From: a virus
Lineage: Duplodnaviria > Heunggongvirae > Uroviricota > Caudoviricetes
Virus record (IMG/VR): IMGVR_UViG_3300042401_001499
Reading direction: 5' to 3' (one strand)
Length of the DNA stretch: 29,993 nt
The position numbers and the translations under genes are program-made. The notes beneath the pieces were generated by a model, which worked only from the letters and a program-made list of their open reading frames with translations, had not been told where the DNA came from and searched no databases. This document shows positions 15,924 through 24,869 of this stretch, in pieces. The number at the start of each line of letters is the position of its first letter. Within the stretch, counting starts at the first letter, position 1.

Positions 15924-15940
15924 AACAAAAATAAAACACA

Positions 15941-16807
15941 ATGGCAGATAATTTTAATTTAAGAACATTCTTAACAGAGAATAAACTTACAAAGAATACA
16001 CAAATTCTTAAAGAAGGAAGTGATTACGGATTTGATGAAGTAATGGATGCAATAGCAGACGACTTTACACCAGGTACCCCTGAATTTCAACAAATGGAAG
16101 ATGCAGTACAAGATGCATTCCACAACGGACAAGTAGACACTTCAGAATTTAGTCACGATCCATCAGCTCCAGGTAGAGAGATGAGAGCAATTGCTAATCA
16201 AATTGGATTAGGTGACGAACAAGCTAATGACATCGAACAAGCACAACACGATATTGAAAGACAATTTGAAGAAGGAGTAAACGAAAGTACTTTAACTGAT
16301 AAAGAAAGACGTCTAGTAGAGATGGTTCAAGATGCTTTAGGAGAAGAAAATGTAGACTATACAATGGGACGTCAAGACGATCCAAACCAACTTCCAAATC
16401 CCGCTCCAGAATTAAACATTCCAGAAGGAGAAGAAAGCATTGAAGAAGCAAAACCTCTTCCAAAATACAATTCAATTGAAGAATTGATGAAAGAGATTGA
16501 GAACGGAACTAACGAAGCAGCTCATAAATACAAAATGGATGAGATGAAAAGAGTTTACGAAGCACTAGAGGCTAAGGTAGGATCTTTAGAAGAAGGAGAG
16601 CATGCTGAACACATCGATCAAAAAGCTGTTAAACAAATGCGTAAAGATATTGCAGCATTAAGAAAAGCAGAAGAAAAACTAAGAAAAGAATTCGACAAAA
16701 AATTCACAGGTAAAGAGAAAAAAGAAACTCCTAAAAAAGATAAAGAAGTAGTAGCTTTACAAGAGGGATTTGACTTAAGAAAATTCTTAGCAGAAAACAG
16801 AAAATAG
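15941..16807 (+). CDS. Acidic/coiled-coil protein with the same F.L..FL.EN motif at both termini; probable head core protein
   Basis: Starts MADNFNLRTFLTENKL and ends GFDLRKFLAENRK. Confidence 0.75.
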   Translation: MADNFNLRTFLTENKLTKNTQILKEGSDYGFDEVMDAIADDFTPGTPEFQQMEDAVQDAFHNGQVDTSEFSHDPSAPGREMRAIANQIGLGDEQANDIEQAQHDIERQFEEGVNESTLTDKERRLVEMVQDALGEENVDYTMGRQDDPNQLPNPAPELNIPEGEESIEEAKPLPKYNSIEELMKEIENGTNEAAHKYKMDEMKRVYEALEAKVGSLEEGEHAEHIDQKAVKQMRKDIAALRKAEEKLRKEFDKKFTGKEKKETPKKDKEVVALQEGFDLRKFLAENRK

Positions 16808-16827
16808 TATCATTGAATAAGTAAACA

Positions 16828-16853
16828 AGCCCACTCAAAAGGTGGGTTTTTTT
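16828..16853 (+). terminator. Intrinsic terminator
   Basis: AGCCCAC(T)-CAAAA-(G)GTGGGTT stem-loop followed by a T tract. Confidence 0.8.
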
Positions 16854-16862
16854 ATATCCACA

Positions 16863-16870
16863 TATTTATA
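16863..16870 (+). promoter_or_regulatory. TATTTATA box (putative late promoter)
   Basis: 25 nt upstream of the terminase ATG at 16888. Confidence 0.6.
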
Positions 16871-16887
16871 ATATATAAGTATATAAT

Positions 16888-18462
16888 ATGTCACAACAAG
16901 ATATCAAACAAATAGTTGCACAAGAGTATATAAAGTGTGCAAAAGACCCGGCTTACTTCATGAAGAAGTATTGCTACATACAGCATCCAACTCGAGGTAG
17001 AATTTTATTTAACCTTTATCCATTCCAAGAAGGAGTATTACATTTATTCAGAGATGAAAAGATGTTGATAACTCTAAAATCAAGACAGTTAGGAATCTCT
17101 ACATTAGCCTCAGCCTACGCTTTATGGTTAATGATCTTCCATAAAGATAAAAACGTATTAGCATTAGCAATTACTCAAGCAACAGCTAGAAACCTTGTAA
17201 CTAAGACGATTTTCATGTATGAGAATCTACCAAAATGGTTACAATTACCTTTTACAGAGAAGAATAAATTATCATTAAGACTTAAAAACGGTTCTAAAAT
17301 AACAGCTAAATCATCTAATGCAGATGCTGCCCGTTCAGAAGCGGTATCTCTATTATTAATAGATGAGGCAGCTTTTATTGATAATATCGAAGAAACATTT
17401 ACTGCAGCACAACAAACACTTGCAACAGGGGGTCAATGTATGGCTCTTTCTACTCCAAATGGTGTAGGAAACTGGTTTCATAAAACATGGGAAAAAGCAG
17501 AAGCAGGAGAGAATGGATTTGTACCTGTTAAACTAAAATGGGATGTGCATCCTGAAAGAGCACAAGACTGGAGAGATGAACAATCAAGACAATTGGGGGA
17601 GAAACATGCCGCTCAAGAGTGTGATTGTGACTTCCTATCATCTGGAGATTCGGTAATAGAGGTTGAAAACATGGCTTTCTACGAAGAGACATATGTAAAA
17701 GATCCAATGGAGAGAAGAGGAGTAGATGGAAATCTATGGATATGGGAATCACCTGACTATAGTAAATCCTACATGGTTGTTGCCGATGTCGCTAGAGGGG
17801 ACTCTACCGATTACTCTGGCTTCCACGTCTTTGATATTGAAAGCTGTACACAAGTAGCAGAATACAAAGGTAAGATTTCCCCAAAAGAATACGGAAACGT
17901 ATTGGTAGGAATAGCAACAGAGTACTGCGATGCACTTCTAGTAATAGAGAATGCCAATATTGGATGGTCAACAATCGAACAAGTAATATCCAGGGAATAT
18001 AAAAACCTATACTATTCATCTAGATCAGATACTGAAACAGTTGAATCTTATATGGCTAAATACGAAAGAGATAAGCTAGTACCAGGATTTACAATGTCTC
18101 TTAAAACAAGACCTTTAGTAATAGCTAAAATGACTGAATACGTAAGGGAGAGATCAGTAATACTACAATCTAAACGATTGTTAGGAGAGATGAGGGTATT
18201 CATATGGAGAAACGGTAAGGCACAGGCACAATCAGGTTACAATGACGATTTAGTTATGGCTTTTGCTACAGCTTTATATGTTAGAGATACAGCCATTCGT
18301 ATGAGACAACAAGGAATGGATCTTTCAAGGGCTACAATGAACTCTTTTGTAAGTCTTAATCAAAGAAATACAGGTGTTTATAACGTTGCTCCTATGCAGA
18401 ATAATCCTTACCTTATGGAAACGCCTGGTGGCCAAGAGGACTTAACCTGGCTATTAGGATAA
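16888..18462 (+). CDS. terL: Terminase large subunit (T4 gp17-like)
   Basis: LKSRQLGIST Walker A, LLLIDEAAFI Walker B, STPNG motif III, nuclease-domain VADVARG and NDDLVMA. Confidence 0.95.
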   Translation: MSQQDIKQIVAQEYIKCAKDPAYFMKKYCYIQHPTRGRILFNLYPFQEGVLHLFRDEKMLITLKSRQLGISTLASAYALWLMIFHKDKNVLALAITQATARNLVTKTIFMYENLPKWLQLPFTEKNKLSLRLKNGSKITAKSSNADAARSEAVSLLLIDEAAFIDNIEETFTAAQQTLATGGQCMALSTPNGVGNWFHKTWEKAEAGENGFVPVKLKWDVHPERAQDWRDEQSRQLGEKHAAQECDCDFLSSGDSVIEVENMAFYEETYVKDPMERRGVDGNLWIWESPDYSKSYMVVADVARGDSTDYSGFHVFDIESCTQVAEYKGKISPKEYGNVLVGIATEYCDALLVIENANIGWSTIEQVISREYKNLYYSSRSDTETVESYMAKYERDKLVPGFTMSLKTRPLVIAKMTEYVRERSVILQSKRLLGEMRVFIWRNGKAQAQSGYNDDLVMAFATALYVRDTAIRMRQQGMDLSRATMNSFVSLNQRNTGVYNVAPMQNNPYLMETPGGQEDLTWLLG

Positions 18463-18467
18463 GTTAC

Positions 18468-18479
18468 TATTTATAAATA
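18468..18479 (+). promoter_or_regulatory. Palindromic TATTTATAAATA box (putative late promoter)
   Basis: TATTTATA 25 nt upstream of the portal ATG; it overlaps TATAAATA, the T4 late consensus. Confidence 0.6.
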
Positions 18480-18492
18480 AAACATTTCAGAA

Positions 18493-20349
18493 ATGGCAGA
18501 AAGAAATTTATTTACCTCACTCCAGAGGTTATTCTCAACTGATATATTAGTTAGAAACGTAGGAGGGGATGAGTTAAAGATTGCTGATGTTAATCACATT
18601 CAATCAACAGGGAAATATCAGACCAATTCACTATTGGATAGATTCTCTCGACTGTATATATACAATAACAAAAACATATTCAATCCAAACCTTAACTATC
18701 AAACACTTAGGGTACAGCTTTATTCAGATTATGAAGCAATGGATACAGATGCAATTATAGCCTCTACGTTAGATGTACTAGCAGATGAGTCTACACTTAA
18801 AAATCAAGTAGGAGAAGTTCTTTCTATTAAATCTACAGACGAAAACATACAAAGAGTCCTTTATAACTTATATTACGATGTATTAAACATCGAATTTAAC
18901 CTATGGTCATGGGTTAGGAATATGTGCAAGTACGGGGACTTCTTTTTAAAACTAGAGATCTCAGAGAAATTTGGAGTTTACAATGTACTTCCTTATACAG
19001 TTTACCATATGGTTAGACATGAAGGGATGGATAAAGAAGATCCAACTAAAGTAACATTCTCAATTGATCCAGACGGATTAGCTTCTTCAGCAGATCCAAA
19101 TTACATTCCAAACAATAGTAAACAAACCATTACATTAGACAACTACGAAGTAGCTCACTTTAGATTAATATCAGATACAAACTACCTTCCTTATGGTAGA
19201 TCTTATATCGAACCAGCTAGAAAAATCTACAAACAATTAACTTTAATGGAGGATGCAATGTTGATTCATAGAATCATGAGAGCTCCTGAGAAGAGAATGT
19301 TCTACATCAACGTAGGATCTATTCCACCAAACGAAGTTGAGCAGTTTATGCAAAAGACTATTAGCAGTATTAAGAAAACTCCTTATGTAGATCCACAAAC
19401 AGGTCAATACAACTTGAAATTCAACATGCAAAACATGATGGAGGATTTCTATCTTCCAGTTCGTGGTGGTGATACTTCAACAAAAATTGAGACAACCAAA
19501 GGATTAGAGTATGATGGTACAAATGATATTGAGTACTTAAGAGATAAAATGTTTGCAGCACTTAAAGTGCCAAAAGCATATTTTGGATACGAAAAAGACC
19601 TTACAGGTAAAGCAACTCTTGCAGCAGAAGATATTCGTTTTGCTAGAACAGTAGAAAGACTTCAAAGAATTGTAGAAAGTGAATTAACTAAAATTGGCTT
19701 AGTGCATTTATACTCTCAAGGATTCGATAAAGAGTCTTTAGTAAACTTTGAAATCAAATTAACTACACCTTCTATCATTTATGAACAAGAAAAAGTAGCA
19801 CTTTGGAAAGAAAAAGTTGACTTAGCAACTCAAATGCAATCAACAAAACTATTCTCATCAGATTATATCTACGATATGCTATTTGACATCTCAGAAGATA
19901 AATACAACGAAATGAGAGAACTTATTAGAGAGGATGCTAAAAGAGACTTTAGAATATCTCAAATAGAAAACGAAGGAAACGATCCAGTATCAACAGGACT
20001 ATCTTTTGGAACACCCCACGACCTAGCTTCAATCTACGGAAGAGAACAAGGTGAATTACCAGCAGGATATGACGAAACTGCACCAGTAGGAAGACCTAGA
20101 GAGAAGATGTCAATCATAGGTACCAATGCAGATCCGGTAGGTGGAAGAGACAGACTAGGAGTTCATGGAATGAAAGGCGGTTTTCCAAGTGATAATGAAA
20201 ACGTAAGAGAAGGTATAAACAATACCATGTCAGTTTTTCTAAGAAATAAAAACCTCTTCCCTACTAAGAAACAAAATATCTTTGAGGAAGAAGCAGAAAT
20301 CGAATCAGATCTTCTAAATGAAGCTAACATTAAGGATTTAGATAACTAG
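18493..20349 (+). CDS. gp20: Portal protein (T4 gp20-like)
   Basis: LMEDAMLIHRIMRAPEKRMFYINVG, EDFYLPVRGG, DIEYLRDKMFAALKVPK, EDIRFARTV; located directly after terL. Confidence 0.95.
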   Translation: MAERNLFTSLQRLFSTDILVRNVGGDELKIADVNHIQSTGKYQTNSLLDRFSRLYIYNNKNIFNPNLNYQTLRVQLYSDYEAMDTDAIIASTLDVLADESTLKNQVGEVLSIKSTDENIQRVLYNLYYDVLNIEFNLWSWVRNMCKYGDFFLKLEISEKFGVYNVLPYTVYHMVRHEGMDKEDPTKVTFSIDPDGLASSADPNYIPNNSKQTITLDNYEVAHFRLISDTNYLPYGRSYIEPARKIYKQLTLMEDAMLIHRIMRAPEKRMFYINVGSIPPNEVEQFMQKTISSIKKTPYVDPQTGQYNLKFNMQNMMEDFYLPVRGGDTSTKIETTKGLEYDGTNDIEYLRDKMFAALKVPKAYFGYEKDLTGKATLAAEDIRFARTVERLQRIVESELTKIGLVHLYSQGFDKESLVNFEIKLTTPSIIYEQEKVALWKEKVDLATQMQSTKLFSSDYIYDMLFDISEDKYNEMRELIREDAKRDFRISQIENEGNDPVSTGLSFGTPHDLASIYGREQGELPAGYDETAPVGRPREKMSIIGTNADPVGGRDRLGVHGMKGGFPSDNENVREGINNTMSVFLRNKNLFPTKKQNIFEEEAEIESDLLNEANIKDLDN

Positions 20350-20353
20350 ACAC

Positions 20354-20361
20354 TATTTATA
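20354..20361 (+). promoter_or_regulatory. TATTTATA box (putative late promoter)
   Basis: 25 nt upstream of ATG 20379. Confidence 0.6.
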
Positions 20362-20378
20362 ACAAAGACATACCTAAG

Positions 20379-21233
20379 ATGCGTATTAAACACAGTAAGT
20401 ATAAAAACACGGGCCTGATATTTGAACTATTAGTAAAGCAAATAGCAGCGGATACCTTATCTAAAAGGGATTCCCCGGCTTTAACGGTACTAAGAAAATT
20501 CTATACAGGAAACACAACACTAGTAAGAGAGTTTAAATTATACGATTTTGTATTAAAGAATAAAGGCGTAGGTCCTAAAAAAGCAGAATCAATACTTAGT
20601 ACTATAGTAGAGATATCTAGAAAGTTAGATACAAATTCACTTAGTAAGCAAAAATACGAGCTTATAAAAGAACTTAAAAGTCATTATGATTTAGAAGAAT
20701 TCTTTTCTATTAAAGTAGAAGCTTACAAACCACTAGCAGCTCTTTACTGTTTAATGGAAGCACAAAATGCAGCAGGCCTAGTAGACTTAGATGTATTTGT
20801 TGATAATAAAACTACAATACTTGAGCACTTAACTCAAAGTAAAACAGCAGAAGGACAAGTAAAAAATGCTTTGATTGAAGAATATTCTAAATATGATAAA
20901 GACTTAAGACTTTTAACATATAAAATATTACTAGAAAAATTCAATCATCAGTATAAAGATTTACTTCCAGAACAAAAAAACATTTTAAAGGAATTTATAG
21001 TATCAGTTAATTCATCAGCTAGATTAAGAAATGTAGTCAATGAAGAGATGACTAAATTACAGGTAGAAATCTCTAACTTAAAAAAGAATATTACTGATAA
21101 AGTAGTTAAAATTAAATTAGAAGAGATTCAAAAAGTAATTATTCCAATAAAAAACACACAAAAAGTAGATGACAATCATTTAGTTTCATTAATGCAATAC
21201 TATGAATTAGTAAATGAATTAAGAAGTCTATGA
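20379..21233 (+). CDS. Helical hypothetical protein between portal and protease (possible prohead core component)
   Basis: 284-aa ORF starting MRIKHSKYKNTGLIFELL; function inferred from position only. Confidence 0.7.
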   Translation: MRIKHSKYKNTGLIFELLVKQIAADTLSKRDSPALTVLRKFYTGNTTLVREFKLYDFVLKNKGVGPKKAESILSTIVEISRKLDTNSLSKQKYELIKELKSHYDLEEFFSIKVEAYKPLAALYCLMEAQNAAGLVDLDVFVDNKTTILEHLTQSKTAEGQVKNALIEEYSKYDKDLRLLTYKILLEKFNHQYKDLLPEQKNILKEFIVSVNSSARLRNVVNEEMTKLQVEISNLKKNITDKVVKIKLEEIQKVIIPIKNTQKVDDNHLVSLMQYYELVNELRSL

Positions 21234-21577
21234 AAAGATCAGAAATAATTAAAGCAGTTCAGGAAGTCTTAGAAGAAATGAGCACAACTGGAGGAGTAGG
21301 AGGATATTCTACACCATTTGCTTTTTCTAAAAAAGGAGCTGGAGCTAATGCAGCCACTAAAGCTTCTCAAAAGCTAGGATTTAAAGCAGCACCAAGACCA
21401 AAACATCCTTCACATACTAAAATGTTTGATTACTTAGATGAGATGCAGGTAAGTTCACCTAATGTCTTTGTATCAGAAGCAGAAATGGAAAACAGTGATG
21501 CAGTAAAGAAGACAAAAGAAATGGGTTACAAGCTAGTAAAGAAAACCAACACCGCATCAGATAAAAAGAATAAATAA
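21230..21577 (+). CDS. Hypothetical protein with MKRSEIIKAVQEVLEE leader
   Basis: 115 aa, ATGA-coupled; EMSTTGGVGGYSTPFAF module follows the leader. Confidence 0.75.
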   Translation: MKRSEIIKAVQEVLEEMSTTGGVGGYSTPFAFSKKGAGANAATKASQKLGFKAAPRPKHPSHTKMFDYLDEMQVSSPNVFVSEAEMENSDAVKKTKEMGYKLVKKTNTASDKKNK

Positions 21578-21578
21578 C

Positions 21579-22517
21579 ATGAGAACATTACAAGAAAAAT
21601 ATAACGGAATTCAAGAAGGAAAATTTTCTAAAGAACATTTCTTAGCTGATGCTAGAATGGAACTTCCAAACCTAGTAACTCGTTTTAACGGATACGAGGA
21701 TGCTGTTCAAATTCTTAAGAACAGAGGAATGATTCAAGAAGTTAAAATTGAGGAAGCTAGACTTACTAAGAATAACCTAACAGACTACAGATACAAACCG
21801 ACCAACGATATGGACAAATATCCATACGAACAAATCCTAAGAGGAATAAGAGTTGAATTGGAAGTATTAGGGGTTCAAGGAACACCAACAGCAGAAGAAT
21901 ATGCAAAAGCATTAGCAAAAGTAGCTAAAAACTTAGCAAAAGATTCAATTTTCTATACAAATCAAGTAGCAGGTGTTAATCCAAAAGTGGACTTACATGA
22001 TAAAATGATTCCTGTAACAGCAAAAAATACAGTTGACACTTTCAACGGTATGAAAAAAGCAGAGTTAAAAGAAGGATTTAAAAGACTAATCAAAAAAGTA
22101 TTATCTGAATCAATGGGTGATATGTTTGGAGATGAAGAAAGAGCTGAAAGATCTGCCAACTACGGACAACCAGGAGAAAACGAATACGAATTCTACTCAG
22201 ATCCAGAGAACTATAACGAAGAAGAAGAGTTTGAATTACAAGGAGACGAAGAAGCAGACGATATTCCACATCCAAGAGGATATGAAGAAGCTAGCGATGA
22301 AGAAGACTTAGATGAATCTAAAATGGGAGACCTTTATATTACAGCTCAAGAATCAGATTCACTAAAAGACTTTTTAATAAAAGTAAAACAAGAATATCCA
22401 GAAACAAACCTAAGAAAAGACATCGAAGAACTTCAACATATTTGGAATAATAGAGGAGGAGATTCAGAAGATGAATTATCAGAAGGAAAAAAATCGTTAT
22501 CTGAATTATTAAAATAA
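21579..22517 (+). CDS. Hypothetical protein with acidic C-terminal half; probable prohead core protein
   Basis: 312 aa, immediately upstream of the protease, with many (I/L)xE sites. Confidence 0.7.
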   Translation: MRTLQEKYNGIQEGKFSKEHFLADARMELPNLVTRFNGYEDAVQILKNRGMIQEVKIEEARLTKNNLTDYRYKPTNDMDKYPYEQILRGIRVELEVLGVQGTPTAEEYAKALAKVAKNLAKDSIFYTNQVAGVNPKVDLHDKMIPVTAKNTVDTFNGMKKAELKEGFKRLIKKVLSESMGDMFGDEERAERSANYGQPGENEYEFYSDPENYNEEEEFELQGDEEADDIPHPRGYEEASDEEDLDESKMGDLYITAQESDSLKDFLIKVKQEYPETNLRKDIEELQHIWNNRGGDSEDELSEGKKSLSELLK

Positions 22518-22522
22518 GTAAG

Positions 22523-23101
22523 ATGAACAATTTATTAGTAAATGTAACTCCTTTTAAAGGATTGCTTACCGAATCAAAGGCTAGACCCGGAGTATACGAA
22601 GTGGTGGGTATCATGCAAAGAGCAGGAGCAAAGAATCAAAACGGAAGAATCTATAAAAGAGAAATTCTTGAAGAAGAAGTTCGAAATTATGTAGAGAATT
22701 TTGTTAAGATAGGAAATGCATACGGAGAATTAGATCATCCAGAATCAGCAATTGTATCTCTTAAAAATGCTTCACACGTAGTAAAAGAACTATGGTGGGA
22801 GGGAGATGACTTGATGGGTAAAGTAGAATTACTAAATACACCTTCAGGAAATATTGTAAAAGAGATATTAAAAGGAGGACATACAATGGGAATCTCTTCT
22901 AGAGGAACAGGATCAGTAACTCAAACAAACGAAGGAACTTTAATGGTTCAACCAGACTTTGAATTAGTATGTTGGGATTTTGTTTCTAATCCTTCTACAC
23001 AAGGAGCTTTTATGAATCCAATTTCTTTAAACGAAGGAAAACAAGCAGTAGGAAAATATGATAGATTAGATTCTATTATTAACAATATATTAAGAGCATA
23101 A
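22523..23101 (+). CDS. gp21: Prohead core protease (T4 gp21-like)
   Basis: NQNGRIY, GELDHP (catalytic His), GISSRGTGS (catalytic Ser), WDFVSNPST. Confidence 0.95.
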   Translation: MNNLLVNVTPFKGLLTESKARPGVYEVVGIMQRAGAKNQNGRIYKREILEEEVRNYVENFVKIGNAYGELDHPESAIVSLKNASHVVKELWWEGDDLMGKVELLNTPSGNIVKEILKGGHTMGISSRGTGSVTQTNEGTLMVQPDFELVCWDFVSNPSTQGAFMNPISLNEGKQAVGKYDRLDSIINNILRA

Positions 23102-23424
23102 TGGAAAATAATTTTGACATGCACCAATGGCGTGCAAATTTTTTAAAAAAAGTATTAAAAGAAGAGATAACAAAAGACAGCCCATCATTTAGAAAGCTAG
23201 TACTGAAATTGGAAGAGATAAGTGAAGAAAGTGGAAATGATTGGGAAGCTTTAAAGGCATACTTAAAAGGTAGATACGCATTTTTTGAAACATACACTAC
23301 TGGTAATAACCCAGCTGCTTACGTAGTTAATTTCTTTTCAATTACCAAAGGAAAGGATGAATACGTTGAGAAAAATCCATCAGATTATGTACAAATAGGT
23401 GACTGGTATATTAGACCATGGTAA
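23101..23424 (+). CDS. Hypothetical protein with MENNFDM...VLKEE leader
   Basis: 107-aa ORF, TAATG-coupled to the protease gene. Confidence 0.7.
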   Translation: MENNFDMHQWRANFLKKVLKEEITKDSPSFRKLVLKLEEISEESGNDWEALKAYLKGRYAFFETYTTGNNPAAYVVNFFSITKGKDEYVEKNPSDYVQIGDWYIRPW

Positions 23425-23437
23425 CCTAAACAAACAC

Positions 23438-23464
23438 AGCCCACCCCATAAAGGTGGGTTTTTT
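23438..23464 (+). terminator. Intrinsic terminator
   Basis: AGCCCACC/GGTGGGTT stem, 7-nt loop, T tract. Confidence 0.8.
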
Positions 23465-23484
23465 ATGTTTTGTAAAACAGTATA

Positions 23485-23491
23485 TATTTAT
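23485..23491 (+). promoter_or_regulatory. TATTTAT box (putative late promoter for scaffold-capsid unit)
   Basis: Follows the terminator; 104 nt upstream of ATG 23589. Confidence 0.5.
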
Positions 23492-23588
23492 TTAAGAATA
23501 TATCACGATCCTTATGTGATATCTACTTAAAAGTAAAACACTATTACGCTACTACTTAATAAGCGTACGACAAACAAACACAAACAAA

Positions 23589-24845
23589 ATGTCAAACAAA
23601 GATTTATTAAAGCAAGCTATTGCTGAAGCGAAAACTATTCGTGAAGCTGCAATTGCAAATGCTAAAGAAGCTTTAGAAGAAACATTGACTCCACACTTAA
23701 AAGAAATGCTTGCTCAGAAATTGCAAGAAATGGAAGATAAAGAAGATGAGACAGTGGATGAAACTATTAACAACGCCGAAGCAGAAAGCTATTCTGAAAA
23801 TCCATCAAAACATGGTAATTTAGAAGAAGCAGAAGAAGAGGAAGAGGAAGCTGAAGAAGAAGAAACTCCTGAAGAAGGAGAAGAAGGTGAAGAAGAAGAG
23901 GAATTAGAAATCGAAGACATGTCAGTTGAAGATTTAAAAGACCTAATCAGAGACATCGTTGCACAAGAAGCAGGTCAAGAAGAAGAAGCAGACTTAGAAG
24001 CCGGAGAAGAAGGTCCAGAAGGACAAGAAGATATGGTGAGTATGGATGGTGATTCAGAAGAGATTGATATCAACGAACTATTAGCAGAACTAGAAGGAAT
24101 GGACGAACAAGAATTAGATGAAAAAGGTGGAGGGTATATGAAAGAGCCTTCTGACTCTGCAGCAGCAGGATTAGAAAACTTAATCTCTATGGTTAAATCT
24201 ATCAAGTCACCAGAATCTATCGCTAAAATCAAAGCTTTCCTTAAAGCACTTCCAGCAGCAGCAGGATCAGCCTTAAGATCAGAAGGATTAGACGAACAAG
24301 ACTTAGACGAAAAAGGTGGAGGATACATGAGAGAGCCTTCTGACTCTGCATCAGCAGGATTAGAAAACTTAATCTCAATGATCAAATCACTTAAATCACC
24401 TGAGACAATTGCAAAAGTAAAAGAATTCCTAAAAGGTCTTCCAGCAGGAGCATCAGCAGCAATGCGCTCTGAAGAAGTTGAGCAAGATCTACAAGAAGCA
24501 TTACAAGCAGTTAAAATTTTAAGAAATCAACTTCAAGAAGTTAATCTTTTAAATGCAAAATTACTTTATGTAAATAAAGTATTCAAATCAACTAACCTAT
24601 CTGAAGGTCAAAAAGTAAATGTTATCGCAGCATTTGACAAAGCCGAAACAGTTAGAGAAGTAAAATTAGTTTTCGAAACAGTTTCTAAAAACGTAGTTGC
24701 TAAACCAGCTGCACTTAAAGAGCACAGATCTTTTGCTTCTAAAGCAACAGGTAATGCAACAACAACTGCACCAAAAGAAATTATATCAGAAGTATCTGAG
24801 CAAGTTCAAAGATGGCAGAAGTTAGCAGGAATTATTAAATCATAA
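23589..24845 (+). CDS. gp22: Prohead scaffold protein (T4 gp22-like)
   Basis: Lies between protease and MCP; helical N-terminus (LLKQAIAEAK..REAAIANAKEALEE), very acidic middle, C-terminal EVNLLNAKLLY...RWQKLAGII. Confidence 0.8.
   Translation: MSNKDLLKQAIAEAKTIREAAIANAKEALEETLTPHLKEMLAQKLQEMEDKEDETVDETINNAEAESYSENPSKHGNLEEAEEEEEEAEEEETPEEGEEGEEEEELEIEDMSVEDLKDLIRDIVAQEAGQEEEADLEAGEEGPEGQEDMVSMDGDSEEIDINELLAELEGMDEQELDEKGGGYMKEPSDSAAAGLENLISMVKSIKSPESIAKIKAFLKALPAAAGSALRSEGLDEQDLDEKGGGYMREPSDSASAGLENLISMIKSLKSPETIAKVKEFLKGLPAGASAAMRSEEVEQDLQEALQAVKILRNQLQEVNLLNAKLLYVNKVFKSTNLSEGQKVNVIAAFDKAETVREVKLVFETVSKNVVAKPAALKEHRSFASKATGNATTTAPKEIISEVSEQVQRWQKLAGIIKS
24102..24479 (+). repeat. Tandem duplication of 189 nt (63 aa) inside the scaffold gene
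   Basis: DEQELDEKGGGYMKEPSDSAAAGLENLISM... begins at 24102 and DEQDLDEKGGGYMREPSDSASAGLENLISM... at 24291. Confidence 0.95.
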
Positions 24846-24869
24846 AAATAAAAAAACAAAAACAACCAA

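Noticed and set aside
15941-16807. Terminase small subunit by position upstream of terL
   Set aside because: It is very acidic, separated from terL by a terminator, and has no recognisable small-terminase DNA-binding region; a head-core role fits better.
23467-23478. Palindrome GTTTTGTAAAAC as an operator
   Set aside because: It is short, AT-rich and single-copy in the window, and can easily arise by chance next to a terminator T tract.
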